Source: Oscillospiraceae bacterium
GTDB lineage: Bacteria; Bacillota; Clostridia; Oscillospirales; CAG-272
Length of the DNA stretch: 64,000 nucleotides
NCBI GenBank assembly: GCA_015064065.1
Contig: SVSY01000001.1
Span: forward strand, 1,460 to 65,459
Direction: 5' to 3'
Below, piece after piece: positions 18,493 to 28,885 of this stretch. Within the stretch, counting starts at the first letter, position 1; each line of letters begins with the position of its first letter. The position numbers were made by a program, and so were the translations under genes. The notes below the pieces were generated by a model that saw only the letters and a program-made list of their open reading frames with translations, searched no databases and was not told where the DNA came from.

Positions 18493-18768
18493 TTACTCGT
18501 TTACAGCGTCCTTAAGAGCCTTACCTGCGGAGAATGCGGGAGTCTTAGAAGCCGCAATGGTGATAGTCTCACCGGTCTTGGGGTTACGACCCTCTCTTGC
18601 TGCTCTTTCCTTAACTTCGTATGTGCCAAATCCGATGATCTGTACCTTGTCGCCTGCCTTGAGAGCCTCGGTGATAGCTTCGTTAGCTGCGTTAACTGCT
18701 GCCTCTGCTGCCTTCTTTGTAAGTCCTGTCTTGGTTGCTACTACGTCAATAAGCTGTGTCTTGTTCAT
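18493..18768 (-). CDS. hup: DNA-binding protein HU
   Basis: MNKTQLID..., [24 protein letters not shown] arm motif; 91 aa. Confidence 0.92.
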   Translation of the reverse strand: MNKTQLIDVVATKTGLTKKAAEAAVNAANEAITEALKAGDKVQIIGFGTYEVKERAAREGRNPKTGETITIAASKTPAFSAGKALKDAVNE

Positions 18769-18821
18769 AATCATTTACCTTTCATTTTAAAATCTCGGGC
18801 AAGCCCTTTGTTTACACTATG

Positions 18822-18850
18822 ATTATAGCACATTTTTTTCGCAAATTCAA
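18822..18850 (-). promoter_or_regulatory. Sigma-A-type promoter of hup
   Basis: On the minus strand: TTGAAT (18850-18845), 17 nt, TATAAT (18827-18822). Confidence 0.55.
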
Positions 18851-18853
18851 TAG

Positions 18854-18910
18854 TTTTTTTTATTTTTTTGCGATTTTTTTATTGTTTTTTCACTATTTTT
18901 GCTTATTTTT
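18854..18910 (-). promoter_or_regulatory. Phased A-tract array upstream of the hup promoter
   Basis: Plus-strand T5-T8 runs start at 18854, 18863, 18874, 18885, 18896 and 18906 (9-11 bp spacing); overlaps the mazG 3' end. Confidence 0.5.
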
Positions 18911-19705
18911 ATCCCATATTGCGTCAAGCTCGGGCATAGATAGCGTATTTATATCCTTTCCCTCTGCCAAAACGGCATTTTCGACCTGTTCAAAGCGGTT
19001 TATGAATTTATCCGTAGCCTTGGAGAGAGCCAACTCAGAGTCGACTCCTATCTTTCTTGCAAGCGAGGTCACAGTAAGTAAAAGGTCTCCCAACTCTTCG
19101 CTCATCTCGTCTTGGTCTTTGCCAAGCATTGCAGTCTTGAGCTCGTCAAGCTCCTCGTATATCTTCTCCACAACAGAGTCGGCATCGGGAAAATCAAAAC
19201 AGCTCGCTTTCTTTCCGACCTTCTGTGCTCTCATAAGCGCGGGAAGCATCGGAGGTATCGCGCGAAGCTTATCGGTGAGTGTAACGCGCTCCTTTTCCTC
19301 GCTCTTTATTATCTCCCAATTCGAGAGCACTTTTTCAGACGTATCTGCCAGAACGTCACCAAACACGTGAGGGTGACGATGTATGAGCTTTACGCAAATA
19401 TCGTTCGCAACGTCATCGACCGTAAATACGTTTTTTTCGGTCTCTATCTGCGCGTGGAACACTACCTGAAGCAAAACGTCTCCAAGCTCCTCACGCAAAA
19501 GCACCGGATCGTCGGTATCGATCGCCTCTATGACCTCGTAAGTTTCCTCAATAAAGTCCTTGCGTATGCTCTTATGGTCCTGCTCTCTGTCCCAAGGACA
19601 GCCCTCTTCGGATCTGAGCACCTCTACCACCCGCACAAGATCTTCAAAACCGTAGCCTTTATCCGCCTTGTCGAGCAGATCCTTTTTCTTATCTGCAACA
19701 GTCAT
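18893..19705 (-). CDS. mazG: Nucleoside triphosphate pyrophosphohydrolase MazG
   Basis: Tandem MazG domains with EExxE/D metal motifs (IEETYEVIEAID, SEELGDLLL); yabN position but without the methylase domain. Confidence 0.85.
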   Translation of the reverse strand: MTVADKKKDLLDKADKGYGFEDLVRVVEVLRSEEGCPWDREQDHKSIRKDFIEETYEVIEAIDTDDPVLLREELGDVLLQVVFHAQIETEKNVFTVDDVANDICVKLIHRHPHVFGDVLADTSEKVLSNWEIIKSEEKERVTLTDKLRAIPPMLPALMRAQKVGKKASCFDFPDADSVVEKIYEELDELKTAMLGKDQDEMSEELGDLLLTVTSLARKIGVDSELALSKATDKFINRFEQVENAVLAEGKDINTLSMPELDAIWDKNKQK

Positions 19706-19727
19706 TTTTCATTCTCCCTTTTTATTA

Positions 19728-21353
19728 TTACTTTTTTACTTTCGCATCTTTGTGTTTAACTATCCTCTCTCCAAACGGCAAGAGTACAATATCCTCTGTG
19801 CTTACACTTCCCGTAAGGAAGCAAAAGAGTGCATACAAGCCTATCGCAACTGCAACTGCAGTACCGAACGATACAATGAGGCTGTCCGTGATATTCTGCA
19901 GATAGCTATACAGCGCGAATGCCGCCCCCACCGATATCGCCGAAGCTATAAACGGCTTAAAAAGTATAGACGGGCTAAGCTCGCTCTGCGTTACCCTATG
20001 CATAAACAGAAAATTGATAAGCGTAACCGTTATATTGCAAAGGAAGCTCCCTATCGGCGCACCCATAACACCTATATCTCGATTTCCCACAAGTATATAT
20101 GTGCTCACTATTTTAACAAGAAGTCCGGCTGCCATTGATACTATCGGCAGACCCGCGTGCTTGTAGGATTGCAATATCGCGTTGGTCGTGGTTATAAGGC
20201 AGGAAAAGAGCACCGAACCGCCGAGCACCGAAAGAAGCGGCGCGCAAAGTATTATCGCCTCACTCTGTCCCGAGAACAGCAGTTCAAGTATGGGGCGCGA
20301 GAAAAGTACGAGTCCCATAGACGCAGGCATAGCCAAAAGCAACGTAAGTCTTGTGGCGTTTTCAATGACAGTCTTCTCGCCGTCTCTGCGCTTGCGCTGT
20401 ATATACGCGGCAAGCTGCGGAACGAGCGCCATTGACACGGGGGCTATGAGCGCGGGGATAAGACTGAACACAGGCACTGCAAGCGTAGTATATGCTCCGT
20501 ATATCCGATTGCTCTCCTCGGCACTCACACCTATCTCCTGCAATCTTCGCATTATGAGTGTCATATCGGCTATTCTCGTTGCGGAAATGAGTGCAGAGCC
20601 GAGCGTTATCGGAACGGCTATTCTGATAAGCTCAGCGAAGCAATTCGTTTTAGAGTCTGTATTTACATCAAGTAAGGCACGCTCTCGCTTCAGTTTTTTT
20701 GAGTGTTTGGCAAAGGACAGGTATATAAGCGAAATAAAGCTTCCGAGCGTAACCCCGAGCACCGAAAAAGCCGAGACGACCCATATCTCATATCCGCGTC
20801 TTATCGCAAAGCCTGCTAAGATAATGCCAAAGCCAAGCTTTCCGAGTGCCTCTATAAGCTGAGATATCGCCGTAGGCGTCATATATTCAAAGCCCTGACA
20901 GTATCCGCGCACGGCACTTCCGAGACAGATCGCAAGGAGCGCGGGTGCTATCGCCGCAATACAAAGATATGCGTCGGGGTTTCCGATAAGCTCTGCAAGC
21001 TGTTTTGAAAAAAGGAGCATAAACGCGCTCGTAAATGCTCCGAGCACAAAAAACGTCACGCTTGCCGTACGGTATATCCGCGCGACTCCGTATGCGTCCC
21101 CTCTCGCTCTTGCAGCAGAGACGAGCATAGAAAGCGCGACGGGCAGACCCGCGGTTGAAATAACGCAAAGCAGAGCGTATATCTCGTATGCCGAATTAAA
21201 ATACCCCATTCCCTTCGTGCCGAGAAATGCAAGCATTGGTATTTTAAATGCAAGTCCTATTATTTTTACGGCAACGGTCGACAAAGACAGCAGAAGCACG
21301 CCTGACATAAAGCTGCGTGCTCCTTTTCTGTCTGTGTCAAGCTCATTGATACT
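19728..21353 (-). CDS. MOP-superfamily polysaccharide/lipid II flippase (SpoVB/MurJ-like, yabM position)
   Basis: ~14 predicted TM segments; conserved position upstream of mazG. Start uncertain: TTG at 21353 after AGGTGGTG, while the track start is 21383. Confidence 0.75.
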   Translation of the reverse strand, partial: SINELDTDRKGARSFMSGVLLLSLSTVAVKIIGLAFKIPMLAFLGTKGMGYFNSAYEIYALLCVISTAGLPVALSMLVSAARARGDAYGVARIYRTASVTFFVLGAFTSAFMLLFSKQLAELIGNPDAYLCIAAIAPALLAICLGSAVRGYCQGFEYMTPTAISQLIEALGKLGFGIILAGFAIRRGYEIWVVSAFSVLGVTLGSFISLIYLSFAKHSKKLKRERALLDVNTDSKTNCFAELIRIAVPITLGSALISATRIADMTLIMRRLQEIGVSAEESNRIYGAYTTLAVPVFSLIPALIAPVSMALVPQLAAYIQRKRRDGEKTVIENATRLTLLLAMPASMGLVLFSRPILELLFSGQSEAIILCAPLLSVLGGSVLFSCLITTTNAILQSYKHAGLPIVSMAAGLLVKIVSTYILVGNRDIGVMGAPIGSFLCNITVTLINFLFMHRVTQSELSPSILFKPFIASAISVGAAFALYSYLQNITDSLIVSFGTAVAVAIGLYALFCFLTGSVSTEDIVLLPFGERIVKHKDAKVKK

Positions 21354-21459
21354 CAAGTCACGACACCACCTTTGCGAACGCATTTTTTATAGTTTATTCA
21401 AAAGTGAATTCCTATATACTTACGCTATGCAAATTAGGCTTTACAAAGGTGTATTTGTG

Positions 21460-22368
21460 TCACACGAACTCGCTGTAGAGATATTCCTCGCGTATGAGCT
21501 CGCAAGGTATGACTTCTATATTCTTAATTGCCTCAAGTATCTGTCTTGATTTTTCAAAATATTCGCTATCCTCCGATACCGTGTTAAGTATCTCGCACAA
21601 GAAAGGCTTGAGAACGCCGAGCTCGTACGGCATAGCCGAATCGATGCAATAATCACTCTCGTCGGCATACGGGAAGATATTCTTTTTTTCATTATCGCGT
21701 ACGCTCTTCCAAAGCTCAAAGGTAAACTCGGGCGAGCTGTTGCGGAAATGATAATCGCGCACAAGTCTTCGCATAAGTCTGAGTCTGTTCGGAGAAAGAG
21801 TAACTCCGTTTACGCTCACGTTCTTCTGCGGTGCGATAAATATGCTTGCCGAGCCGTGCTCGGAGAGCATCTCTTTTACTATTGGATAGCACGCCTGAAT
21901 GCCCTCGAAGATAAAAATATCGTTATCGTCGATAGACAGCGTTTTATATCCCACTCTGCTTCCCGTTTTGAAATCAAATACGGGACAGTGCACCTCGTCA
22001 GACTCGAATATCTCCTTAGCAAAGCGATATAGCTCTTCGGAGTCTATCGTGTCGGGAGAGTCGTAATCAAGTCGGCGAAGCCCCTTTTCTCTCGACCTTT
22101 GCTCCAAGACCTCATGGTTAAAGAAGAAGTCGTCGATAGAAACGAGATGCGCCTTCTTTCCAAAGCTCTCGAACATCGAAATAAGAAGTCTTGCTGCGGT
22201 AGTCTTGCCCGAGCAGGTCGGACCGTAAAGCCTTACTATTCGCAGACCTCTGTTTTTACATATATCCTCGGCTATTCCGAAAAACTGCTCGGAAAACCTC
22301 TTTTCGCAGAGTGCTATCCACTCCGCCTTTTCTGTCAATTTTCTGTCGTCAATATTATATGCCATAAG
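21460..22368 (-). CDS. Uridine kinase / phosphoribulokinase family P-loop protein
   Basis: P-loop GPTCSGKTT, SIDDFF, PVFDFKTGSR, IFIFEGI and RLMRRLVRD parallel Udk motifs; GGAGGA RBS before the ATG at 22368. Confidence 0.6.
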   Translation of the reverse strand, partial: LMAYNIDDRKLTEKAEWIALCEKRFSEQFFGIAEDICKNRGLRIVRLYGPTCSGKTTAARLLISMFESFGKKAHLVSIDDFFFNHEVLEQRSREKGLRRLDYDSPDTIDSEELYRFAKEIFESDEVHCPVFDFKTGSRVGYKTLSIDDNDIFIFEGIQACYPIVKEMLSEHGSASIFIAPQKNVSVNGVTLSPNRLRLMRRLVRDYHFRNSSPEFTFELWKSVRDNEKKNIFPYADESDYCIDSAMPYELGVLKPFLCEILNTVSEDSEYFEKSRQILEAIKNIEVIPCELIREEYLYSEFV

Positions 22369-22402
22369 ATCCTCCATATAGGACCGAGGCATCAAGGACG
22401 GA

Positions 22403-23896
22403 TCACAGCATTCCTCGCTCCGTATAGAAACGAATTGCCGCTTCCGCAAACGCCTCGTTTTTGTCCTCTTTTAAATATTCATACGGATATTTCTGATGGA
22501 ATAGACGTTCGATCTCACGTTTGTTGCAACAATTTCCCGTGTTGTCAACGAGCTTTCCGACAGCTCCCGCTCCCGCGGCAAAGATCGAATGTATCTCCTC
22601 CATCATATAGATGTTATAAAGTCCTTCATATGACGGCTTTGAAAAACCTACGTTTTCGTAGTTTCCAACCGTATTTTTCTGTCTGTACATATAGTACGGG
22701 ATATATCCCGCCTGCTCTGTCTTTATCTGCGAATAGTCGACGCATTTGCCGACGTCGCCGCCTCTGAGCGAATATATCTTCGAATTCTGTCTGAGCAGCT
22801 CCGAGGAGCGTTTTACGCAGAAAGTATGCACCGTGATATTTTCGGGGTCGAGTCTTATTATCTCGTCTACAGTGTGCGAAAATTCACGGAAATTATCCTT
22901 CGGCAGACCTGCGATGAGGTCTACGTTTACAGTTCTTATACCCGATGCTTTTGCAATATCGTAAGCCTCGTAAAATTCCTTTACGGTGTGGCTTCTGCCT
23001 ACACCGCAGAGCACGTCGTCGCAAAGGCTCTGGGGATTGACGCTGACTCTTGTCACGCCGAATTCTTTTGCAATATCAAATTTTTCTTTCGTAATAGTGT
23101 CGGGGCGTCCCGCTTCGAGTGTAAACTCCTCAAGCGCGCTTACGTCGGTCTGTGTACAGATAAATCCAAGCAGATCGCGAAGCTGTGCCCCGTCGAGAAT
23201 CGTCGGTGTGCCACCGCCTATGTATACCGTTTTTACGTTGAGTCCAAGTCGCTTGATAAGCGCGAAATTATCGGCTATATCGCCCTTGAGCTTCTGGAGA
23301 TATTCGGGAATTAGCGAGAGCAATCTTTTCGACGTGTAAGAAACAAACGAGCAATAGGTACATCTCGTGGGACAGAAAGGAATTGAAATATAGACGCTGC
23401 AATCCTTTTTGGAAGGTGCTCCCACTATATTTCGCTCGGCAAGTGCCACGTTTGTGGCAAGAGCCGCCTTTTTGGGTATAACGAGATAATCGCTATTGAG
23501 TATCCTCTTTACCTTAGTCTTACTGTTTCCCGCATCAAGAAGCTCGCTTGCGACCTTTGAAGGACGGACGCCTATCATCATTCCCCACGCAGGTCTGTAG
23601 CCAAGCAGAGCGCCTGCGGCGGCAAGCACAGCCCCGCCTATCGAGAGCTTGAGCGTGCGCTCGCTCGTACGCTCAGCCGTGTACTCTGCAAAATACTCTG
23701 CGCTCTCGCTCTTATCGTCGATAGACACGGTAGCGAAGGCTCTGACGCCTCCTTCTTCCTCTACCGTTCTCAACGACAGCACGGGCTCGCCTTCACGAAG
23801 CTCTTCATCCTCGCCGAAATGCTCACCGGGAAAGAATATCATTCCAAGCGTTTGGACGTAATATTTATTTATCGGTGAATCCAATATTATCTTCAT
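22403..23896 (-). CDS. hemZ: HemN-like radical SAM protein (HemZ type)
   Basis: CPTRCTYCSF (CxxxCxxC) cluster motif; ~500 aa with an N-terminal extension typical of HemZ. Confidence 0.75.
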   Translation of the reverse strand: MKIILDSPINKYYVQTLGMIFFPGEHFGEDEELREGEPVLSLRTVEEEGGVRAFATVSIDDKSESAEYFAEYTAERTSERTLKLSIGGAVLAAAGALLGYRPAWGMMIGVRPSKVASELLDAGNSKTKVKRILNSDYLVIPKKAALATNVALAERNIVGAPSKKDCSVYISIPFCPTRCTYCSFVSYTSKRLLSLIPEYLQKLKGDIADNFALIKRLGLNVKTVYIGGGTPTILDGAQLRDLLGFICTQTDVSALEEFTLEAGRPDTITKEKFDIAKEFGVTRVSVNPQSLCDDVLCGVGRSHTVKEFYEAYDIAKASGIRTVNVDLIAGLPKDNFREFSHTVDEIIRLDPENITVHTFCVKRSSELLRQNSKIYSLRGGDVGKCVDYSQIKTEQAGYIPYYMYRQKNTVGNYENVGFSKPSYEGLYNIYMMEEIHSIFAAGAGAVGKLVDNTGNCCNKREIERLFHQKYPYEYLKEDKNEAFAEAAIRFYTERGML

Positions 23897-23909
23897 AAGC
23901 TTCTCCGTC

Positions 23910-24371
23910 TCAAACGCTCTTTTTGAGCAATACGTTGCTGTCCATAACTATTGTAACGGGACCGTTATTTATCATTTCTATCTCCATATCCGCCCCGAAT
24001 ATTCCCCGTCCCGTATGCTTTATCTCACCTTCTGTGAGCGTACAGAAATATTCGTAAAGGCGATTGGCGTCGTCGGGCAGAGCCGCCGCGAAATAATCGG
24101 GTCTCTTGCCCTTTTTATAGGACGCAAGAAGAGTGAAATTAGATACTATGAGCGCCTCTCCGTCTATGTCCTTGAGAGATAAGTTCATTTTTCCGTTTTC
24201 GTCGGAAAATATACGAAGATTTACTATTTTTTCAGCAAGCACTCTCGCATCCTCCTCGCCATCACCCTTGGCTACTCCGAGAAGTATGCAAAGTCCTTCA
24301 CCGCACGCGCCTACCTCCTTGCCGTCAACGCAGACTGCGGCGCGCTTTACTCTTTGTAATACTGCGATCAT
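23910..24371 (-). CDS. dtd: D-aminoacyl-tRNA deacylase
   Basis: MIAVLQRV start, SNFTL and NNGPVT motifs; downstream of relA as in Bacillus. Confidence 0.9.
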   Translation of the reverse strand: MIAVLQRVKRAAVCVDGKEVGACGEGLCILLGVAKGDGEEDARVLAEKIVNLRIFSDENGKMNLSLKDIDGEALIVSNFTLLASYKKGKRPDYFAAALPDDANRLYEYFCTLTEGEIKHTGRGIFGADMEIEMINNGPVTIVMDSNVLLKKSV

Positions 24372-24403
24372 TTTTCTTCCGTCCTTGTGATCTTAACGTA
24401 ATT

Positions 24404-26623
24404 TTACTGCGAATAGCCTCTGGTTATATCGTTTACTCCGTCTATCGACTTAAGCTTTGAAACGATAGACCGATAATGGTCGACGTTCTTACAGCTTATC
24501 TTGAGGTTAACGATAACGCCCTCAGCTCCGTATTTGGTGGTATTTATCTGCAATATCTGCACGCGCATCTCGGAAAGTGCGACCGATATATCGGCAAGAA
24601 TACCGATACGGTCGAAAACGTAGATACTGATCTGAGCCTCGTAGAAATCAACGGTCCCGCTCTTGCGTTCCTCCCAATATGCATCTACCCAACGGTCTGC
24701 ATTTTCGGGATTTTCTCTGCTGAGAAGTACGTTGGGGCAGTCGGATTTATGAACCGAAACTCCGTGTCCTCTCGTGATAAAGCCTATCACGCTGTCTCCG
24801 GGAAGCGGATTGCAGCAGCGTGCAAATTTAACGAGACAGCCTTCAAGTCCGTCAATGATAACGCCACCGTTAGATTTGATATTCTTAGGCGTAGCGGTCT
24901 TGACCTGCTCGGCGACTATCTCGACGCCCTCGGTCTCTTCGGCAACGGCAAAGGATCTCTCGTATTCGTCCTTGAACTTTCCCGCCACCTTAGAAAGTGC
25001 GATTCCTCCGTATCCAAGCGTGTTGTAGAGGTCGTCGGCGCTCATATAGCCTATTCTCTGTCCTACGACGGCAACTACCTCGTTACGCTGTGTTTCGGTG
25101 TAATTGCGCGCGAAGCGTTTGAATTCGGCATCGACCATATTCTTTCCCGCAACGATATTCTCGGCTCTCTTTTCCTTCTTGAACCAGCTTCTTATCTTTG
25201 TTCTTGCCTCGCTGGTCTTTACGATATTCAGCCAATCTCTGCTCGGTCCTTTTGATGCCGACGAGGTGAGTATCTCTATGATATCTCCCGTCACGGGAGC
25301 TTTTTCTATAGGAACTATCATTCCGTTTATCTTTGCGCCTATCATCGAGTTTCCTACGCCCGAGTGTATAGCGTACGCAAAGTCTATTACCGTCGAGCCG
25401 AGAGGAAGCGCGATAACGTCTCCTTTAGGCGTAAACACGAAGGTCTCGTCGTGGAATATATCGGTCTTGAGCGCGTTGAGAAATTCGTCGGGATCGGTAG
25501 TGTTCGACTCGGTCTCGATAAGTCTCGATATCCACTCGAGCTTATTATCGATATCCGCCTTGGACTTCTCTCCGCTCTTGTACTTCCAATGCGCGCAGAT
25601 ACCGTATTCCGCTACCTGATGCATCTCCCACGTACGTATCTGCACCTCAAAGGGTATACCGTCGCGACCGATTACAGTCGTGTGAAGCGAGCGGTACATA
25701 TTGGGCTTAGGCGTAGAGATATAGTCCTTAAATCTTCCGGGAACCGACTTGAACATCTCGTGGATAAGTCCGAGCGCCGTGTAGCACTCAAGCTCTGTAT
25801 CAACGATTATTCTCATCGCGTAAAAATCGTATATCTCGTCAAAGCTCTTATTCTGGTTAAACATCTTTCGGTAGATACTGTAGACCGATTTTATTCTTCC
25901 CGCAAGCTCGAAATGTATATTGTTTTCTCTTAGCTTCTTGTCTACTATTCCTCTTACGTTCTCGATAAATCCGACGCTCTGTCCGTATTTATCGTCGATA
26001 TACTGACGTATCTCGGCATATCCTATCGGGTCAAGATAGGATATACAAAGGTTTTCAAGCTCCTGCTTGATCTTCTGCATACCGAGTCGGTGTGCAAGGG
26101 GTGCGTACACGTACATAGTTTCAAGCGCGGTAGAGCGTCTCTTGGGGTCGGGCTTTACCGAGAGCGTACGCATATTATGAAGTCTGTCGCACAGTTTTAT
26201 GAAAATGACACGGATATCCTTCGACATCGCGAGAAGCATTTTTCTAAGGTTTTCTATATGCGCTTCTTCCTTGTCCTCGATATAGAGCGCGACCATCTTG
26301 GTAAGTCCGTCGACAAGCATTGCCGTCTCCGCCCCGAATTTCGTCTCGATCACCTTCAAATCGGTCTTATCCGAGCAATCCTCTACCGTATCGTGCAAAA
26401 GCGCCGCACAGATGGAATTGGTATCGAGTCCGAGATCAGAAACTATCTCGGCAACTGCAACAGGATGCGATATATACGGATCACCGCTGACACGAAACTG
26501 CCCCTCGTGAAGCGACTCAGCATATTCGCCTGCCATTCTTATTTTGTCAAAGTCGTATTTTCTTCCTGAGTTGAAAAGCTTTTCCATCAGCTGTTCAACT
26601 GTAGAACATGTATTAGCCGGCAT
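24404..26623 (-). CDS. relA: Bifunctional (p)ppGpp synthetase/hydrolase
   Basis: HD hydrolase (HPVAVA, LLHDTVEDC), synthetase (YRSLHTTV, EVQIRTWEMH), TGS and ACT regions; 739 aa. Confidence 0.93.
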   Translation of the reverse strand: MPANTCSTVEQLMEKLFNSGRKYDFDKIRMAGEYAESLHEGQFRVSGDPYISHPVAVAEIVSDLGLDTNSICAALLHDTVEDCSDKTDLKVIETKFGAETAMLVDGLTKMVALYIEDKEEAHIENLRKMLLAMSKDIRVIFIKLCDRLHNMRTLSVKPDPKRRSTALETMYVYAPLAHRLGMQKIKQELENLCISYLDPIGYAEIRQYIDDKYGQSVGFIENVRGIVDKKLRENNIHFELAGRIKSVYSIYRKMFNQNKSFDEIYDFYAMRIIVDTELECYTALGLIHEMFKSVPGRFKDYISTPKPNMYRSLHTTVIGRDGIPFEVQIRTWEMHQVAEYGICAHWKYKSGEKSKADIDNKLEWISRLIETESNTTDPDEFLNALKTDIFHDETFVFTPKGDVIALPLGSTVIDFAYAIHSGVGNSMIGAKINGMIVPIEKAPVTGDIIEILTSSASKGPSRDWLNIVKTSEARTKIRSWFKKEKRAENIVAGKNMVDAEFKRFARNYTETQRNEVVAVVGQRIGYMSADDLYNTLGYGGIALSKVAGKFKDEYERSFAVAEETEGVEIVAEQVKTATPKNIKSNGGVIIDGLEGCLVKFARCCNPLPGDSVIGFITRGHGVSVHKSDCPNVLLSRENPENADRWVDAYWEERKSGTVDFYEAQISIYVFDRIGILADISVALSEMRVQILQINTTKYGAEGVIVNLKISCKNVDHYRSIVSKLKSIDGVNDITRGYSQ

Positions 26624-26647
26624 TGCTATCCTTCCTTCGAGAATATA

Positions 26648-28846
26648 TCACTGCGAAACGCGATCCGTGCATTGAGACTTCAGTTTTTTAAGTATCGCTG
26701 ATTTATCTATACTCGTCCGTGTCGCGCGGAAGAGCACTTCAAAGCGGTATATATCCTTGTCGAGCTCCTCGACGTAGCATATCTGCAGTTCATTGAATAT
26801 CTCGAATATGTATTTAAGTTTAACGTAATTTATCTCCCTTTGTCCCGCACGATTGAGCTCCTTGAGCATCTTTCGGGTATCGGTAAGACTGTTTCCGTTG
26901 CGGTATTCCTTTCTCAGAAGAGTATAAACTCTCGAGCAATCGTCTCTGTCGGGGACAAATCCGTCGGCGGCGCAGTAGCTTCCGCCATTCTTGAGCTCGG
27001 CATATCTGTGCTTCTGCTCGTTTATCTTCTGAGTATAGGTCTCAGAAAGTTTCGCGTCACGCACTATCATCTGAACCGACTGAACGTTTTTATAGTCGTT
27101 TATATCTACGTTGAACAAGAGGTCGATAACGTCTCCGCTCTCAAAACCGAGCATTCCTTCTCCTATACCGAAGTACATAGCGTTTACGTTTATTCCGTCC
27201 TTTTCAAGATAAAGTCTTGAATGATCGCCGCCCTTGGTGTAGGTGACCTTCTTGACGGTAACGTCGCGCATAACGAACACCGGAGTCGCATTTCCCGTTC
27301 CGTAGGGCTCAAGATACTGTATCTCCTTTGCGAGTCCGATATTAAGGTCCTTCATCTGAAGCTCGCAGTCAACGTCTACCTTTATCTTGAATGCGTCCTC
27401 GTCAAGATGCTCGCGCGCATAAGCATTGATCCTTTCGCGGAAAGCATCGAGATTTCCGCGCTTTACGGTAAGTCCTGCCGCAAGCTCGTGACCGCCGTAT
27501 TTAACGAGAAGGTCCTCACAGTATCCGAGTGCCTCAACGAGATTGAGACCCTTTATACTTCTTCCCGATCCCTTGCCGTCATCAATTGCGGTCTCTTCAG
27601 ATCCGACCGAGCCGTAAAACGAAACGAGGATAGACGGCACGCCGTATCTCTCTGTTATCTTCGAGGAAACTATACCTATGATACCCTGCTGCCATTCGTT
27701 GCTGTCGATAACTATAACGGGCTCGTTTTCAAGGTCAACGCAGTCCTCTATCATTTCGTAAGCCTGTTCGGCTATACGGTTCTCTTCTATCTGTCGCTGG
27801 CGGTTGATCGTACAAAGCTCCTCAGCGTATCGGTCTGCCTCTTCTCCCGCCGTGGCAAGAAGTGTTCTGACCGCGATCGCCGCGTCGGATATTCTTCCCG
27901 CCGCATTTATTCTCGGAGCTATGCCAAAGCCTATAAAGCCCGAGGTTATCTTTCTTTTCTTCGCTGCGTCGTCAGAATTCTTCTTTGATGATGAAGCATC
28001 TATAAGAGCAGCAAGTCCCGGACGGGGGCGCTCTTCCATAAGCTTAAGACCCATACTTACGATAAGTCTGTTCTCGTCTACTATCGGCATAACGTCGGCA
28101 ATAGTGCCGAGTGCCGCCAGATCAGCGTATTTGAGACATACGTTGCGTATCCCGTCTACGATAGCGACTCCCTTATCTCTGCAACGCTTCATCTCGCAAG
28201 CGCAGACGAACTTGAATACAACTCCGACACCTGCAAGCTCCTTGAACGGATAAGGACAGTCGGGTCTGTGCGGATTTACTACCGCGCAAGCCTTTGGAAG
28301 CTCGCTTCTGCACTCGTGGTGATCGGTAACGACGAATTCTATTCCTATCCTCTTTCCGTATTCTACCTCTTCCTCTGCCGTGATACCCGTATCGACCGTG
28401 ATGACCAATTTTACACCGTCGTCCGCAAGCTTGTCAAGTGCGGCGCAGGAAACTCCGTAGCCCTCACCCTCGCGTTTGGGTATCTTCATAGTAACGTCTG
28501 CTCCAAGCTCACGCAAATAGAGATAGAGCATACTTACCGAGGTGACTCCGTCTACGTCATAATCTCCGTAAACGCATATCTTCTCTCCGCTCTCGATCGC
28601 GTCAAACACCCTATCGACCGCCTTTTCCATATCGGCAAGCACATAAGGGTCGTGAAGGTCTGCTTCTTCAAATCGAAGAAAATGCAAAGCACTTTCGGCG
28701 TCTTTATATCCTCGGTTGTAAAGCAAAACCGAGAATATCTCGCTTCTGCCAAGCTTTTGCGCCATATCGCGCACCTCGGCATCGCGCAAGGAGTCACCGA
28801 AGACATAGTGCTCGCACCACACCTTCTCTCTCTTCTTGTTTTTCAT
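26648..28846 (-). CDS. recJ: Single-stranded-DNA-specific exonuclease RecJ
   Basis: DHH family motifs GDYDVDG, TVDTGI, VTDHHE, GGHELAAG; long Firmicute-type C-terminus. Confidence 0.9.
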   Translation of the reverse strand: MKNKKREKVWCEHYVFGDSLRDAEVRDMAQKLGRSEIFSVLLYNRGYKDAESALHFLRFEEADLHDPYVLADMEKAVDRVFDAIESGEKICVYGDYDVDGVTSVSMLYLYLRELGADVTMKIPKREGEGYGVSCAALDKLADDGVKLVITVDTGITAEEEVEYGKRIGIEFVVTDHHECRSELPKACAVVNPHRPDCPYPFKELAGVGVVFKFVCACEMKRCRDKGVAIVDGIRNVCLKYADLAALGTIADVMPIVDENRLIVSMGLKLMEERPRPGLAALIDASSSKKNSDDAAKKRKITSGFIGFGIAPRINAAGRISDAAIAVRTLLATAGEEADRYAEELCTINRQRQIEENRIAEQAYEMIEDCVDLENEPVIVIDSNEWQQGIIGIVSSKITERYGVPSILVSFYGSVGSEETAIDDGKGSGRSIKGLNLVEALGYCEDLLVKYGGHELAAGLTVKRGNLDAFRERINAYAREHLDEDAFKIKVDVDCELQMKDLNIGLAKEIQYLEPYGTGNATPVFVMRDVTVKKVTYTKGGDHSRLYLEKDGINVNAMYFGIGEGMLGFESGDVIDLLFNVDINDYKNVQSVQMIVRDAKLSETYTQKINEQKHRYAELKNGGSYCAADGFVPDRDDCSRVYTLLRKEYRNGNSLTDTRKMLKELNRAGQREINYVKLKYIFEIFNELQICYVEELDKDIYRFEVLFRATRTSIDKSAILKKLKSQCTDRVSQ

Positions 28847-28885
28847 ACATACCTCAATCTATATAAACACAAATTTAAAACAAAA

